Part shown: positions 14,101 through 27,490 of the stretch, piece after piece
Layout: every line of letters begins with the position of its first letter
How positions within the stretch are numbered: position 1 is the first letter of the stretch
The notes under the pieces: generated by a model
Seen by the model: only the letters and a program-made list of their open reading frames with translations
Told to the model about the DNA's origin: nothing
Databases searched by the model: none
Program-made: the position numbers and the translations under genes
Source: Convolutriloba macropyga
Taxonomy: Eukaryota
Assembly (NCBI RefSeq): GCF_964194025.1
Contig: NC_134472.1
Coordinates: 28,210,001-28,274,000, forward strand
Direction: 5' to 3'
Length of the DNA: 64,000 bases

Positions 14101-15259
14101 TTTCGTAATTTTTTTTTCGAAAGGAAAGTTTATCGCTTTAACGTAATGAATTTTCCTATCCCCGATTCTCAGAAGTAAGTAGACTGCCTAATACAATTTT
14201 GGTTGACCTAAATTTCCGGGGAATAATTTCGTTTGTCAACTGGAACTCTCCATTTTTTTCGCATAATTTTTTTCAATTATTATTGTCAAAATTTAGCGGT
14301 TGAAGGAGTGTTTAAATGAACCAATTTGATATCCACAACAAAAATTTGTAGGCAGAATGTAAATTAAAAAAAATGTCCGCCTAACGTTCCTATAAGAAAG
14401 TTTTGAGTTCTTTGGCTTCTTTTTTTTGAAAAAATTTTCGTTTCTCCTTAACTCTGCCGTCGCCAGGCCCCAGTGTGAAAAGAGGGGAAACATCAACATG
14501 AAGCCATGAAGATTGCAAAGTTGGTTTTTTGAGCTATTTTTCCGACCTTATATTATCTATTCTGTTATAGTTTGTTTTATTCTCTTTTGTTCTACTTGGG
14601 AAGAATCCTGGGCGTGGTTTTTCACCTTTTTCTCGGACTCAAATATGATCTTGGATATTGCTTCTAAGATTAAGCAAAATTGTCAAACATCGCAACCAAA
14701 TGAAGGCTTTTGGATCCATTATCACAAAGGTCAAATTGTATGATCTTGGATTTGTTTTCTGAGAAATCATTATGGTCTCTGATATGGTATCTGAGATAAG
14801 AGATATAATTTTATAGAGTTTTTATGAATCAGTAAATAATTTCAAACGGTATTTGGTCTGATTTAACCAAAATAGACCTGAAATGATTAAGGTTCACTTC
14901 TGTTCGGGAAACTCTCAAATTAAAAACCGAGTTTTGATTTTTCCATTATGACATGCTAGTTTGGGTCATAATTTTGATCTTTTGTGGGTCAGAAAGTTTT
15001 CTGGTCTTGAGTATGCTATCTAAGAAACCAGTGAAAAAATTCCAATTCTGTCTTTAAATGCAGTTATGCTTCTGGAGCATTGAAGCTTTGAGCAGCCCAA
15101 AACACGTTGTTGCAGAATACTTTGATATGGTATCTAAGAAGCCATACTCTTTATACATGACTTTGATATGGTATCCAAGATTGGTGTATGATGGTCACAC
15201 CGGATTATAACGTATTATCTCACAAAATATTGAGGCAAGTTTGTGCTAAAGCTGTGCAA

Positions 15260-15875
15260 TAAAAACAAACGGATAAACAGTTTCGTATGTTAGGATTTTC
15301 ACGATTTTGTTTCTCAACGTCTGACGCTCACACATGGGCATGTGGACCTTGTCATGGAGAGATTCCGCGCAGATACAGGCAACCAACTACCTATCCGATC
15401 TTTAAAAATTTTAATGTTGCTTTTTTCTTAAAAAACTGAGTTGAATTGGTTTTTTCAATCAAAGCCCGAATTGGTTTTAAGATTAAAAACTTTATTAATT
15501 TCTTATTTCGTTCTGCCTGTTCTCTGATTAGTAGCACATGAGCTGATTCAAACTCCAATGGATTCCAATGCGGTCTGGGAGGTTTGTTCTACAAACGTTG
15601 CAAAAAAGTACTAGGATCCTATAACCAAGCAGTCTCCTGTTCACTACTACAAAGGTGCCAACCTGAAGGAGCACATAAACACCTCACAAATACTCAAAAG
15701 TGTTGTTATAATATCTTGGTTAAATGATAATTGAAGTACTCCCTAACAGTCCGCTAATGGTCCGAAATGTCTCATAAAAACAATGTGTATGATGATCAAT
15801 CCCTCAACTGTAATTTTGCCAAGAAACATTCTTTCAGTTAATCAAACCCACATCAACAAGAAATTATTTGCACCA
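15260..15875 (-). pseudogene. Decayed coding paralog A, possibly peptidase C14 (caspase-like); duplicated at ~20620-21230
   Basis: Diverged homolog of 16990-17590. Fragmentary translation: NFLLMWV...LCSSEQETAW...LVACICAESLHDKVHMPMCERQTLRNK. Family call is weak. Confidence 0.3.
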
Positions 15876-16093
15876 ATTTTTAATTTTTATACCTGAGTAG
15901 TCGGCCTCCTTATATGACTTTGATAAGGTATCTAAGTTCAATGTTTTGTGATTAACACGGGTTATAATGGATTACTTCACAAAAATTTGAGGCAAAATTT
16001 TGCAAATGCCGGGCAATAAAAGTTACGGATAAAACAACGATAGTTTTCCTATTGAAGAAAACAAACAAAAATTTTTGACAAAGTCTGCTCTTA

Positions 16094-16096
<3 letters not shown>

Positions 16097-16150
<54 letters not shown>
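16097..16150. repeat. (TA)27 microsatellite
   Basis: Seen directly. Confidence 0.98.
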
Positions 16151-16154
<4 letters not shown>

Positions 16155-16299
16155 CATAATTTTATGTAAAGATTTTTCTAAACATTTTCAGGTGCAAAGT
16201 TCACTTCACTGTTTCAATGCCAAATAGAAACATAAAAGATTGGGTCCAACTTCACTTTATAAAGGATTATAATCACTATTAATATAAAGGATATAAAGA

Positions 16300-16890
16300 T
16301 CTAAAAATCGTGAGGGACGCTGGGCCGTTTCAATTCAGTTTATGTCAGGTTTTCAAAAGTCATTCAGTTTTTGAGATTGAGTTCACAGCTTTTGCATAAG
16401 TTTGATTCACTGTAGCACCACTGGAATTGTCTCCACATCCATTGGAGAACGTTTTTTTGCGTCTACGTTGATGTTCTTGACGAAGTTGGCAATTGGTTCA
16501 CTAGTAGTTGAGAGCGAAACCAGAAATTATGTTCCGCAACAGCGAGCACTGGTCTGCGGTATTTGAACGAACGGTTTGTAGCCAATCGAGTAAAAAAGCC
16601 CTCATCAATATACATCAGATTAATGAAAAAGTAATTGTGCTAACCCATTTCTACTTTTGCGAGTAAAAAATTGGTGTATTAGTTGTTAATAAAATGGTAA
16701 AGGAAGGATATTTAAATTTATTCAAGCAAGTTTGTAGTCAAATTGTCCAGAGATTCATTTGGAAGCTTTCCACTGTATGCATTTGACAGTGTTTTCATCC
16801 TTTCAGCGTTAAGAAAGCAATAAATTGACGAGAAATGAGTAATAGGCAGAATCATGCTCTTGTACAAATCTAGCCTGGTTCTATAGTCTG
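16300..16890 (-). mobile_element. CR1/L2-group LINE ORF2 3' fragment
   Basis: RLDLYKSMILP...LNILPLPFY...AEHNFWFRSQLLVNQLP, typical of the post-RT region of these LINEs. Confidence 0.7.
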
Positions 16891-16989
16891 AAAGAAATGG
16901 TATATTGTGCTCGTCTAACAGTCTCCTAAATGTTAGGAAACTTATTAACTTCCTAACTTAATAAAAAGTTTGATAAGTTGTGATAGTCA

Positions 16990-17590
16990 CAGTTTTGTTT
17001 TTCGACTTCTGACGATAACAGCTGGACATGTAGACCTGGTCATTGCAAGATTCTGCGCAGATACAAGCAACCAACTACATGACCCATGTTTGAAAAGTTG
17101 TATTGTTGATGGTTTTCTTAAATAACTGAATCGAATTGGGTTTTTCAATCAGAGCCTAAATTGATTTTTTAGGCTGCAATTTTTTTAAATTTCTTGTTTC
17201 GTTCAGACTGCTGTCTCTGCTTAGAAGAAAAAATGAGCCAATTCAAACACCAATGAATTCCAAGTTGGTCTGAGAAGCTAGTTCTAGGGACATCGCAAAC
17301 AAAGTACCTGGATCATTGAACCGAGCAGCTTAGTATTCACTACTACAGAGATGCCGACCTGAAACAGCTCTACTGTTCAACTCATCTCACAAGAACAATC
17401 GCTAAAACACGAATGTGTTGTTATTATTGCTGTGTTAACTGATTACCGAAGAACTCCCTAACAGTCTGCTAATGGTCGGTAGTGTCTCATAGATAAAAAT
17501 TGTATGAATTGCAATCTTTCAACTGTAATTGTGCCAAAACCATTCTTTCGGTTAATGAGACCCATATCAACAAGAAGTTAGTTGCTGTAT
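16990..17590 (-). pseudogene. Decayed coding paralog B, possibly peptidase C14 (caspase-like); duplicated at ~22350-22950
   Basis: NFLLIWVS...VREFFGNQ...HIRVLAI(D)SCE...GRHLCSSEY*AARFNDPGTLFAMSL...TWVM*LVACICAES; many stops and frameshifts. Confidence 0.3.
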
Positions 17591-17739
17591 ATAATGCTCA
17601 GCAGTTTTTGTTTTTTAACTTCTATCCCTGTGTAATTGGACTTAGTTTGGACAGTATCTAAGACTTTATTTTCTTCTCTAGATTTGGTGTTCATTTCTCA
17701 CACTATGGCAGTCAGTTATCTGCTCGAATGCTTCATTTC

Positions 17740-19015
17740 TTGATTTAAACTTTTGCTCTTTACTACGTTCAATTTTTCACTTCAAATGTTCCATGACCGC
17801 GTTTCCATGATCAAAAAGAAAGCAGTCATTGCAAAACTTTTCTAAGGAACGCCAGCGATTGCTACAAGGCTTGCAATTGAATTCACGTAAGGTGCAGTGG
17901 TTTGAAACGCTCGTTGACCTTCCTCCCGGGTATCAATGTCCACGATCTTATTCAAAATCAGTACCTGGTGATCGGAACCTCCTCACTACAGCCCTGCCCT
18001 CAGACCCCTTAACCGCAAAACCAAGATCATACAGCCCATTGACCGCCACGAGAAGCCCCAGCGGTTGCTGATGATGCTAATGGTGGACAAATATCCCCAG
18101 TCGCAACGGCCTCCAAAAAATGGAGCGAAAAAATTGAAAAGTTTACAAAACATTCTGGCATACACTGCCAGGAAACGCCTAAAAGGTTGACAGAATTGAT
18201 AAAAAAATCAGCCACTGACGGGCAAACTTTATAATACTAAACAAAAACAACGCTGAGAAAAATTTTTTTGAATGTCAAGATGAAACTCTGAGCAGTTTGC
18301 ATGGCTTCTATGGAGAAATTTCATCTAAGATTGTCGCTATCTTCCCCATCTTCTTGTCTTTTGCGTGAATTGACCAACGATCGTTCGGCTACCAGGACCC
18401 TTGCCCGAGACCTACAGTTGTAGTGCAAAGGCGACCTCGCCGTGCTTCTTCCGGAAGTTTGAGCACTGCAGTGTAAACTACGTCAGACCCCTAAAAACAG
18501 GACAAAACTAAGAAGTGAAACAGTTCAACAAATTCATGGAAACTGGAAAAAATTCAAACGCCATCAATTGTCTCACTTGTGAAATATCATGGTGGATATA
18601 ATCATGAAACGATAAAATAATGGAAAAACTGCATATGAGTTGCTCAAAAAGAAGCACCCGACTCCTTCACAAGTAAACGCCAATTACAAATTCGGCGAAA
18701 ACACGTTTGAATCATTCCAGTATCACACCGTAGTCTTCAAAAACATAGGTGAGTCGGCAGTTAAAAAAGCAGGTTGGAAGACACAAGACAGCCAAGGACC
18801 GTCCGGTTTAGACGCCACAATAGAGACGATTTTTCACTTGCTTTAAGGATTTTTCAGCAATCATAGCGGGAACAGTAGCTAAAAATGCTATTCGTCTGGC
18901 AAATGAAAAAGTAACTGAAAAATCTCTGGAACCATACAACGCATGTTGACTAATCCCCGTAGACAAAAACCCCGGTTTACGACCTATCTCCGTAGACCAA
19001 AACCCCGGTTTACGA
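17740..19015 (+). mobile_element. CRE-clade non-LTR retrotransposon, 5' part up to the start of RT (decayed)
   Basis: LLKKKHP...YHTVVFKNI...GPSGLDA...LEPYNAC*LIPVDKNPGLRPI, matching the GPSG...ACRLIPLDKNPGVRPI RT start of metazoan CRE elements. Confidence 0.8.
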
Positions 19016-21451
19016 GGCAATAGAAAATGAGTACTATGTAAATTGGTAAATTGCAAAACCAAAGAAATGGTGACCCGCCCTTCCTCGAAAGAAGTTCGTA
19101 TCACAAACTCAAATATCCACTTTTTGGTTTATGATAGTTTCGAAAATAATGAAAATGGTTTGCGGAAAAAACTGAATAAATTGAATTAAAGTAAACTCTC
19201 CGATTACCCGCCGTTGTATGTAATTTGTAAAACAACATTCCTGCAAAAGATGTCCATATTTCAACTGTAAAATCCAGTTTCGTTCATTTTATGAAAAATA
19301 GTGGAAGTTTTTTGGGTCAATGAATGTAATAAACCGTATGAAACTAAAATCCCAGACTACCATTAACATGTAGATTGTCAAACAAAATTGGTCGGCCTAA
19401 CGTTCCTGGAAAAACGTTCTTATGTCAACTGCAACTATCCCACTTTTTCGTAATTTTTTTTTCGAAAGGAAAGTTTATCGGTTTAATGGGTTCTTTAACG
19501 TAATGATTTTTCCTATCCCCGATTCTCAGAAGTAAGTAGACTGCCTAATACAATTTTGGTTGACCTAAATTTCCGGGGAATAAGTTCGTTTGTCAACTGG
19601 AACTCTCCATTTTTTCGCATAACTTTTTTCAATTATTATTGTCAAAATTTAGCGGTTGAAGGAGTGTTTAAAAGAACTAAATTGATATCCACAACAAAAA
19701 TTTGTAGGCAGAATGTAAATTAAAAAAAAATGTCCGCCTAACGTTCCTATAAGAAAGTTTTGAGTTCTTTGGCTTCATTTTTTCAAAAAATTTTCGTTTC
19801 TTCTTAATTCTGCCGTCGCCAGGCCCCAGTGTGAAAAGAGGGGAAACATCAACATGAAGCCATGAAGATTGCAAAGTTGGTTTTTTGAGCTATTTTTCCG
19901 ACCTTATATTATCTATTCTGTTATAGTTTGTTTTATTCTCTTTTGTTCTACTTGGGAAGAATCCTGGGCGTGGTTTTTCACCTTTTTCTCGGACTCAAAT
20001 ATGATCCTGGATATTGCTTCTTAGATTAAGCAAAATTGTCAAACATCGCAACCAAATGAAGGCTTTTGGATCCATTATCACAAAGGTCAAATTGTATGAT
20101 CTTGGATTTGTTTTCTGAGAAATCATTATGGTCTCTGACAGTGGTATCTGAGATAAGAGATATAATTTTATAGAGTTTTTATGAATCTGTAAATAATTTT
20201 AAACGGTATTTGGTCTGATTTAACCAAAATAGACCTGAAATGATTAAGGTTCACTTCTGTTCGGGAAACTCTCAAATTAAAAACCGAGTTTTGATTTTTC
20301 CATTATGACATGCTAGTTTGGGTCATAATTTTGATCTTTTGTGGGTCAGAAAATTTTGTGGTCTTGAGTATGCTATCTAAGAAACCAGTGAAAAAAATTC
20401 CAATTCTGTCTTTAAATGCAGTTATGCTTCTGGAGCATTGAAGCTTTGAGCAGCCCAAAACACGGTGTTTCAGAATACTTTGATATGGTATCTAAGAAGC
20501 CATACTCTTTATACATGACTTTGATATGGTATCCAAGATTGGTGTATGATGGTCACACCGGATTATAACGTATTATCTCACAAAATATTGAGGCAAGTTT
20601 GTGCTAAGGCTGTGCAATAAAAACAAACGGATAAACAGTTTCGTATGTTAGGATTTTCACGATTTTGTTTCTCACCGTCTGACGCTCACACATGGGCATG
20701 TGGACCTTGTCATGGAGAGATTCCGCGCAGATACAAGCAACCAACTACCTATCCGATCTTTGAAAATTTTAATGTTGCTTTTTTCTTAAAAAACTGAGTT
20801 GAATTGGTTTTTTCAATCAAAGCCCGAATTGGTTTTTAGATTAAAAACTTTATTATTTTCTTATTTCGTTCTACCTGTTCTCTGATTAGTAGCACATGAG
20901 CTGATTCAAACTCCAATGGATTCCAATGCGGTCTGGGAGGTTTGTTCTACAAACGTTGCAAAAAAGTACTAGGATCCTATAACCAAGCAGTCTCCTGTTC
21001 ACTACTACAAAGGTGCCAACCTGAAGGAGCACATAAACACCTCACAAATACTCAAAAGTGTTGTTATAATATCTTGGTTAAATGATAATTGAAGTGCTCC
21101 CTAACAGTCCGCTTATGGTCCGAAATGTCTCATAAAAACATTGTGTATGATGATCAATCCCTCAACTGTAATTTTGCCAAGAAACACTCTTTCAGTTAAT
21201 CAAACCCACATCAACAAGAATTTATTTGCACCAATTTTTAATTTTTGTACTTGTGTAGTCGGCCTCCTTATATGACTTTGATAAGGTATCTAAGTTCAAT
21301 GTTTTGTGATTAACCCGGGTTATAATGGATTACTTCACAAAAATTTGAGGCAAAATTTTGCAAATGCCGGGCAATAAAAGTTACGGATAAAAGAACGATA
21401 GTTTTCCTATTGAAGAAAACAAACAAAAATTTTTGACAAAGTCTGCTCTTA

Positions 21452-21454
<3 letters not shown>

Positions 21455-21508
<54 letters not shown>
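21455..21508. repeat. (TA)27 microsatellite (duplicate copy)
   Basis: Seen directly. Confidence 0.98.
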
Positions 21509-21512
<4 letters not shown>

Positions 21513-21659
21513 CATAATTTTATGTAAAGATTTTTCTAAACACTTTCAGGTGCAAAGTTCACTTCACTGTTTCAATGCCAAATAGAAACATAAAAGATTG
21601 GGTCCATCTTCACTTTATAAAGGATTATAATCACTATTAATATAAAGGATATAAAGATC

Positions 21660-22245
21660 TAAAAATCGTGAGGGACGCTGGGCCGTTTCAATTCAGTTTA
21701 TGTCAGGTTTTCAAAAGTCTTTCAGTTTTTGAGATTGATTTCACAGCTTTTGCATGAGTTTGATTCACTGTAGCACCACTCGAATTGTCTCCACATCCAT
21801 TGGAGAACGTTTTTTTGCGTCTACGTTGATGTTCTTGAAGAAGTTGGCAATTGGTTCGCTAGTAGTTGAGAGCGAAACCAGAAATTATGTTCCGCAACAG
21901 CGAGCACTGGTCTGCGGTATTTGAACGAACGGTTTGTAGCCAATCGAGTAAACAAGCCCTCATCAATATACACCAGATTAATGAAAAAGTAATTGTACTA
22001 ACCCATTTCTACTTTTGCGAGTAAAAAATTGGTGTATTAGTTGTTAATAAAATGGTAAAGGAAGGATATTTAAATTTATTCAAGCAAGTTTGTAGTCAAA
22101 TTGTCCAGAGATTCATTTGGAAGCTTTCCACTGTATGCATTTGACAGTGTTTTCATCCTTTCAGCGTTAAGAAAGCAATAAATTGACGAGAAATGAGTAA
22201 TAGGCAGAATCATGCTCTTGTACAAATCTAGCCTGGTTCTATAGT
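21660..22245 (-). mobile_element. CR1/L2-group LINE ORF2 3' fragment (duplicate copy)
   Basis: Same sequence as 16300-16890. Confidence 0.7.
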
Positions 22246-23099
22246 CTGAAAGAAATGGTATATTGTGCTCGTCTAACAGTCTCCTAAATGTTAGGAAACT
22301 TATTAATTTCCTAACTTAATAAAAAGTTTGATAAGTTGTGATAGTCACAGTTTTGTTTTTCGACTTCTGACGATAACAGCTGGACATGTAGACCTGGTCA
22401 TTGCAAGATTCTGCGCAGATACAAGCAACCAACTACATGACCCATGTTTGAAAAGTTGTATTGTTGATGGTTTTCTTAAAAAACTGAATCGAATTGGGTT
22501 TTTCAATCGGAACCTAAATTGATTTTTCAGGTTGCAATTTTTTTAAATTTCTTGTTTCGTTCAGACTGCTGTCTCTGCTTAGAAGAAAAAATGAGCCAAT
22601 TCAAACACCAATGAATTCCAAGTTGGTTTGGGAAGCTAGCTCTAGGGACATCGCAAACAAAGTACCTGGATCATTGAACCGAGCAGCTTAGTATTCACTA
22701 CTACAGAGATGCCGACCTGAAACAGCACTACTGTTCAACTCATCTCACAAGAACAATCGCTAAAACACGAATATGTTGTTATTATTGCTGTGTTAACTGA
22801 TTACCGAAGAACTCCCTAACAGTCTGCTAATGGTTGGTAGTGTCTCATAGATAAAAATTGTATGAATTTCAATCTTTCAACTGTAATTGTGCCAAAACCA
22901 TTCTTTCGGTTAATGAGACCCATATCAACAAGAAGTTAGTTGCTCAATATAATGCTCAGCAGTTTTTGTTTTTTAACTTCTATCCCTGTGTAATTGGACT
23001 TAGTTTGGACAGTATCTAAGACTTTACTTTCTTCTCTAGATTTGGTGTTCATTTCTCACACTATGGCAGTCTGTTATCTGCTCGAATGCTTCATTTCTT

Positions 23100-24375
23100 G
23101 TTTTAAACTTTTGCTCTTTACTACGTTCAATTTTTCACTTCAAATGTTCCATGACCGCGTTTCCATGATCAAAAAGAAAGCAGTCATTGCAAAACTTTTC
23201 TAAGGAACGCCAGCGATTGCTACAAGGCTTGCAATTGAATTCACGTAAGGTGCAGTGGTTTGAAACGCTCGTTGACCTTCCTCCCGGGTATCAATGTCCA
23301 CGATCTTATTCAAAATCAGTACCTGGTGATCGGAACCTCCTCACTACAGCCCTGCCCTCAGACCCCTTAACCGCAAAACCAAGATCATACAGCCCATTGA
23401 CCGCCACGAGAAGCCCCAGCGGTTGCTGATGATGCCAATGGTGGACAAATATCCCCAGTCGCAACGGCCTCCAAAAAATGGAGCGAAAAAATTGAAAAGT
23501 TTACAAAACATTCTGGCATACACTGCCAGGAAACGCCAAAAAGGTTGGCAGAATTGATAAAAAAATCAGCCACTGACGGGCAAATTTTATAATATTAAAC
23601 AAAAACAACGCTGAGAAAAATTTTTTTGAATGTCAAGATGAAACTCTGAGCAGTTTGCATGGCTTCTATGGAGAAATTTCATCTAAGATTGTCGCTATCT
23701 TCCCCATCTTCTTGTCTTTTGCGTGAATTGACCAACGATCGTTCGGCTACCAGGACCCTTGCCCGAGACCTACAGTTGTAGTGCAAAGGCGACCTCGCCG
23801 TGCTTCTTCCGGAAGTTTGAGCACTGCAGTGTAAACTACGTCAGACCCCTAAAAACAGGACAAAACTAAGAAGTGAAACAGTTCAACAAATTCATGGAAA
23901 CTGGAAAAAATTCAAACGCTATCAATTGTCTCATTTGTGAAATATCATGGTGGATATAATCATGAAACGATAAAATAATGGAAAAACTGTATATGAGTTG
24001 CTCAAAAAGAAGCACCCGACTCCTTCACAAGTAAACGCCAATTACAAATTCGGCTAAAACACGTTTGAATCATTCCAGTATCACACCGTAGTCTTCGAAA
24101 ACATAGGTGAGTCGGCAGTTAAAAAAGCAGGTTGGAAGACACAAGACAGCCAAGGACCGTCCGGTTTAGACGCCACAATAGAGACGATTTTTCACTTGCT
24201 TTAAGGATTTTTCAGCAATCATAGCGGGAACAGTAGCTAAAAATGCTATTCGTCTGGCAAATGAAAAAGTAACTGAAAAATCTCTGGAACCATACAACGC
24301 ATGTTGACTAATCCCCGTAGACCAAAACCCCGGTTTACGACCTATATCCGTAGACCAAAACCCCGGTTTACGAGG
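23100..24375 (+). mobile_element. CRE-clade retrotransposon 5' part (duplicate copy)
   Basis: Same motifs as 17740-19015. Confidence 0.8.
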
Positions 24376-24386
24376 CAATAGAAAAT

Positions 24387-25069
24387 GAGTACTATGTAAA
24401 TTGGTAAATTGCAAAACCAAAGAAATGGTGACCCGCCCTTCCTCAAAAGAAGTTCGTATCACAAACTCAAATATCCACTTTTTGGTTTATGATAGTTTCG
24501 AAAACAATGAAAACTGTTTGCGGAAAAAACTGAATAAATTGAATTAAAGTAAACTCTCCGATTACCCGCCGTTGTATGTAATTTGTAAAACAACATTCCT
24601 GCAAAAGATGTCCATATTTCAACTGTAAAATCCAGTTTCGTTCATTTTATGAAAAATAGTGGAAGTTTTTTGGGTCAAAGAATGTAATAAACCGTATGAA
24701 ACTAAAATCCCAGACTACCATTAACATGTAGATTGTCAAACAAAATTGGTCAGCCTAACGTTCCTGGAAAAAAGTTCTTATGTCAACTGCAACTATCCCA
24801 CTTTTTCGTAATTTTTTTTCGAAAGGAAAGTTTATCGGTTTAATGGGTTCTTTAACGTAATGAATTTTCCTATCCCCGATTCTCAGAAGTAAGTAGACTG
24901 CCTAATACAATTTTGGTTGACCTAAATTTCCGGGGAATAAGTTCGTTTGTCAACTGGAACTCTCCATTTTTTCGCATAACTTTTTTCAATTATTATTGTC
25001 AAAATTTAGCGGTTGAAGGAGTGTTTAAATGAACTAAATTGATATCCACAACAAAAATTTGTAGGCAGA
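24387..25069 (+). repeat. Partial third copy of the 5.35 kb unit
   Basis: Matches 19029-19712, then diverges after GTAGGCAGAA. Confidence 0.9.
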
Positions 25070-25074
25070 ACAAA

Positions 25075-26012
25075 AATTGTTGCCGGCTGCCCTGATCTAG
25101 GATATGTAATGGCAAATGAGAAAACCTATGAATCCTATAATATAACCACAGCTGAAACTATGCTAATTTGTTTAAAAAAATAGGTCAAGTGGCAAAAACA
25201 TCCCCTCAGAACGCTGACGCATCCCTAACAAGGTGCGCGCAACAAAAAAAAATTTGTTTGTGGAATTTTCCAAACACGCAACGAGCACAATATCTACACA
25301 GACGTGGAAGCCAACATTCAAACCCACAAACTATTGTCGTCCTTCGACCATCCAATGTCTCAAACTGCATCAAAATTGTGTTAGCTTCGCAGCCGGGAAG
25401 GCGGACTTAACACCAATGAGCCCATAGATTAGGAAACGGAGTACGCCGAATCGCTGACCTCATGTGCTCTTCTTGAATATGGGCAATTGCTCCGCTAATC
25501 CTAGAACTCTTAACGCACGACCAACCAACCACACACCTCAATGAAATTGGCTCGCGAAAGAAGGATCTTATGGAAAAACTTCAGACCGAGCAACGCCACA
25601 TATAAGAATTGGCTTCGTAAAAGGGAGCCTCGAACAAGCTCACCGCTCTACAATCTACACGATAAGGTTTCTTGCTAACAAAGTCAGAATATAGAGAATG
25701 GTTTTACTATAGATACCTTATCGAGGCCAAAAAAGACCCATTGGTTTTCCTTGTGGTAAAATTTTACCTATCGCATACTCTCCACTGTGCGAAGGGTTGG
25801 CATACACACATGAGACATAATGGGATCTATGATACCTTTGCTAAAGTTATGCATAACTTTTGATAGGATGTCGAGGTTGAGCCAACTCTCCAGTTTCCTG
25901 GAAGCGAGTCTTTTACATACAAAACTACTAGCACTGATAAGGACGCGCCACTAGTGAGTATTAAAGCAAATGATCTGTGGGGGTCCATGTTTAGCCGTTA
26001 ATTCTTCAACGT
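25075..26012 (+). mobile_element. CRE-clade retrotransposon 3' part: CCHC knuckle + RLE endonuclease (decayed)
   Basis: ELAS*KGASN...FLLTKSEYRE...PCG...SHTLHCAKGWHTHMRHNGIYDTF...DVEVEPTLQ...IKANDLWGS, i.e. CCHC, RHN, EP and D motifs. Confidence 0.85.
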
Positions 26013-26049
26013 GATCCAAACAAATGCAAACGGTCTAACGTTAAGTTAG

Positions 26050-26215
26050 GTTTCAGAAGTTTTCCAATTTTGATACTGAAAATTACCGTCAAGTATCCCT
26101 ATTATTGGTTGTTTCAAAAGATTGAACGCTTCCTACTTATTTCCATTTATAAACATCTCAGACATCTTTAATGAAACCGCTAATGGTTTAAGACGAATGC
26201 CTATCTTTTATTTAA
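26050..26215 (+). mobile_element. Short CR1/L2 RT sliver (also at ~27525-27690 and ~33650-33820)
   Basis: ENYRQVSLLLVVSK, matching the NYRPISLL..SK RT motif. Confidence 0.6.
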
Positions 26216-26219
26216 CACG

Positions 26220-26980
26220 AAGCCCACCTTATGTCTAATACGATTGCCGATCTTGACATAAGATTGGGCAGTTTAACCGTTGTTGCTTTGCTGGCTGTAA
26301 TTGTGGCAAATTTTTGGATGAAATTTTTTGACAAATCCTTACAGAAACCATATGAGGGACGAGAGAACAAAACTTCTGACGTGAAAAAACCTGCATTGAC
26401 TTCAACTAACTTGTTGTTTTTTGAGGGAAAGGAGTCGAGTGCGGTTCATGTAAAAACTGGTTTCTTGCAAAATGACATAGTATCAATGACACGGAGTTTA
26501 AAAATATGCAGGAAATTGTAAGAATCTGTTCTTATTGTGTAGAACAAACAAACCGGAACTAAAATTATTCAAGAGGTGTATTAGAGACATAGTGTGCATT
26601 GTTAAGAGGAAAGGTCTAGAGTTCCTTGAGTACGCAAATTCTCCTCACAAAAACTTACATTTCATTATTGAGATACCAAACGGTGATGGAAACGAGGCGT
26701 TCCTGAAAATAACCGAAATGATGATATAAAAATTAGCTTCCATTGGTATTGAAAAACTACTGGTACCGTATTAATTCTAAAACTCTGTAACTCTTTTTTG
26801 TTACAACAAAAGAAAAATGTGATTCATGGGACTGTAAATACAATTTCAATGCATCCAGTTATTGGCAATCATTTTTTTGTAGCTGATAGGATAAATCAAG
26901 AGATCTGGACCAAATGTCTGCATCCAACCGAGTGGTCTTCCAGTATTGTTAATGAGACGTTGGATGAAATAATCAGAAAA
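26220..26980 (+). mobile_element. Penelope-like element RT fragment with internal PHD finger, copy 1
   Basis: LAVIVANFWMK (motif B') - TCIDFN*...GKGVECGSCKNWFLAK*...RICSYC (PHD) - LFKRCIRDI (motif C) - NSPHKNLHFIIE - AFL - WY*KTT - KKNVIHGTV. Confidence 0.8.
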
Positions 26981-26984
26981 CAAC

Positions 26985-27490
26985 GCATAACGCACGACCA
27001 ACGAACCGCACACCTCAATGAATTTGGCTCGTGGAAGAAGGATTTTATGGAAAAACTTCAGACCGAGCAACGCCACGTAGGAGAAGTGGCATCGTAAATA
27101 GGAGCCTCGAACAAGCTCAACGCTCTACAATCTACACGATCAGGTTTCTTCCTAACAAAGTCAGAATATAGAGAATGGTTTTACTATAGATACCTTATCG
27201 AGGCCAAAAAAGACCCATTGGTTTTCCTTGTGGTAAAATTTTACCTATCGCATACTCTCCACTGTGCGAAGGGTTGGCATACACACATGAGACATAATGG
27301 GATCTATGATACCTTTGCTAAAGTTATGCATAACTTTTGTTAGGATGTCGAGGTTGAGCCAACTCTCGAGTTTCCTCAAAGCGAGTCTTTTATACACAAA
27401 ATTACTAGCACTGATAAAGACGCGCCACTAGTGAGTATTAAAGCAAATGATCTGTGGGGGTCCATGTTTAGCCGTTACTTCTTCAACGTG
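26985..27490 (+). mobile_element. CRE-clade RLE fragment (tandem copy)
   Basis: Near-identical to 25510-26012. Confidence 0.85.

Larger units (their letters stand above)
13684..19028 (+). repeat. ~5.35 kb tandem segmental duplication, copy 1
   Basis: GAGTACTATGTAAATTGGTAAATTGC starts at 13684, 19029 and 24387; ORFs repeat at a 5358 offset (17829/23187, 18808/24166). Confidence 0.95.
19029..24386 (+). repeat. ~5.35 kb tandem segmental duplication, copy 2
   Basis: Near-identical to 13684-19028 with scattered SNPs. Confidence 0.95.

Noticed and set aside
26470-26476. TGA at a PHD cysteine position in all four Penelope copies (possible selenocysteine)
   Set aside because: The neighbouring His ligand is also lost (CTT) in all copies and there are many other lesions, so shared descent from a dead copy explains it. 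No SECIS was identified.
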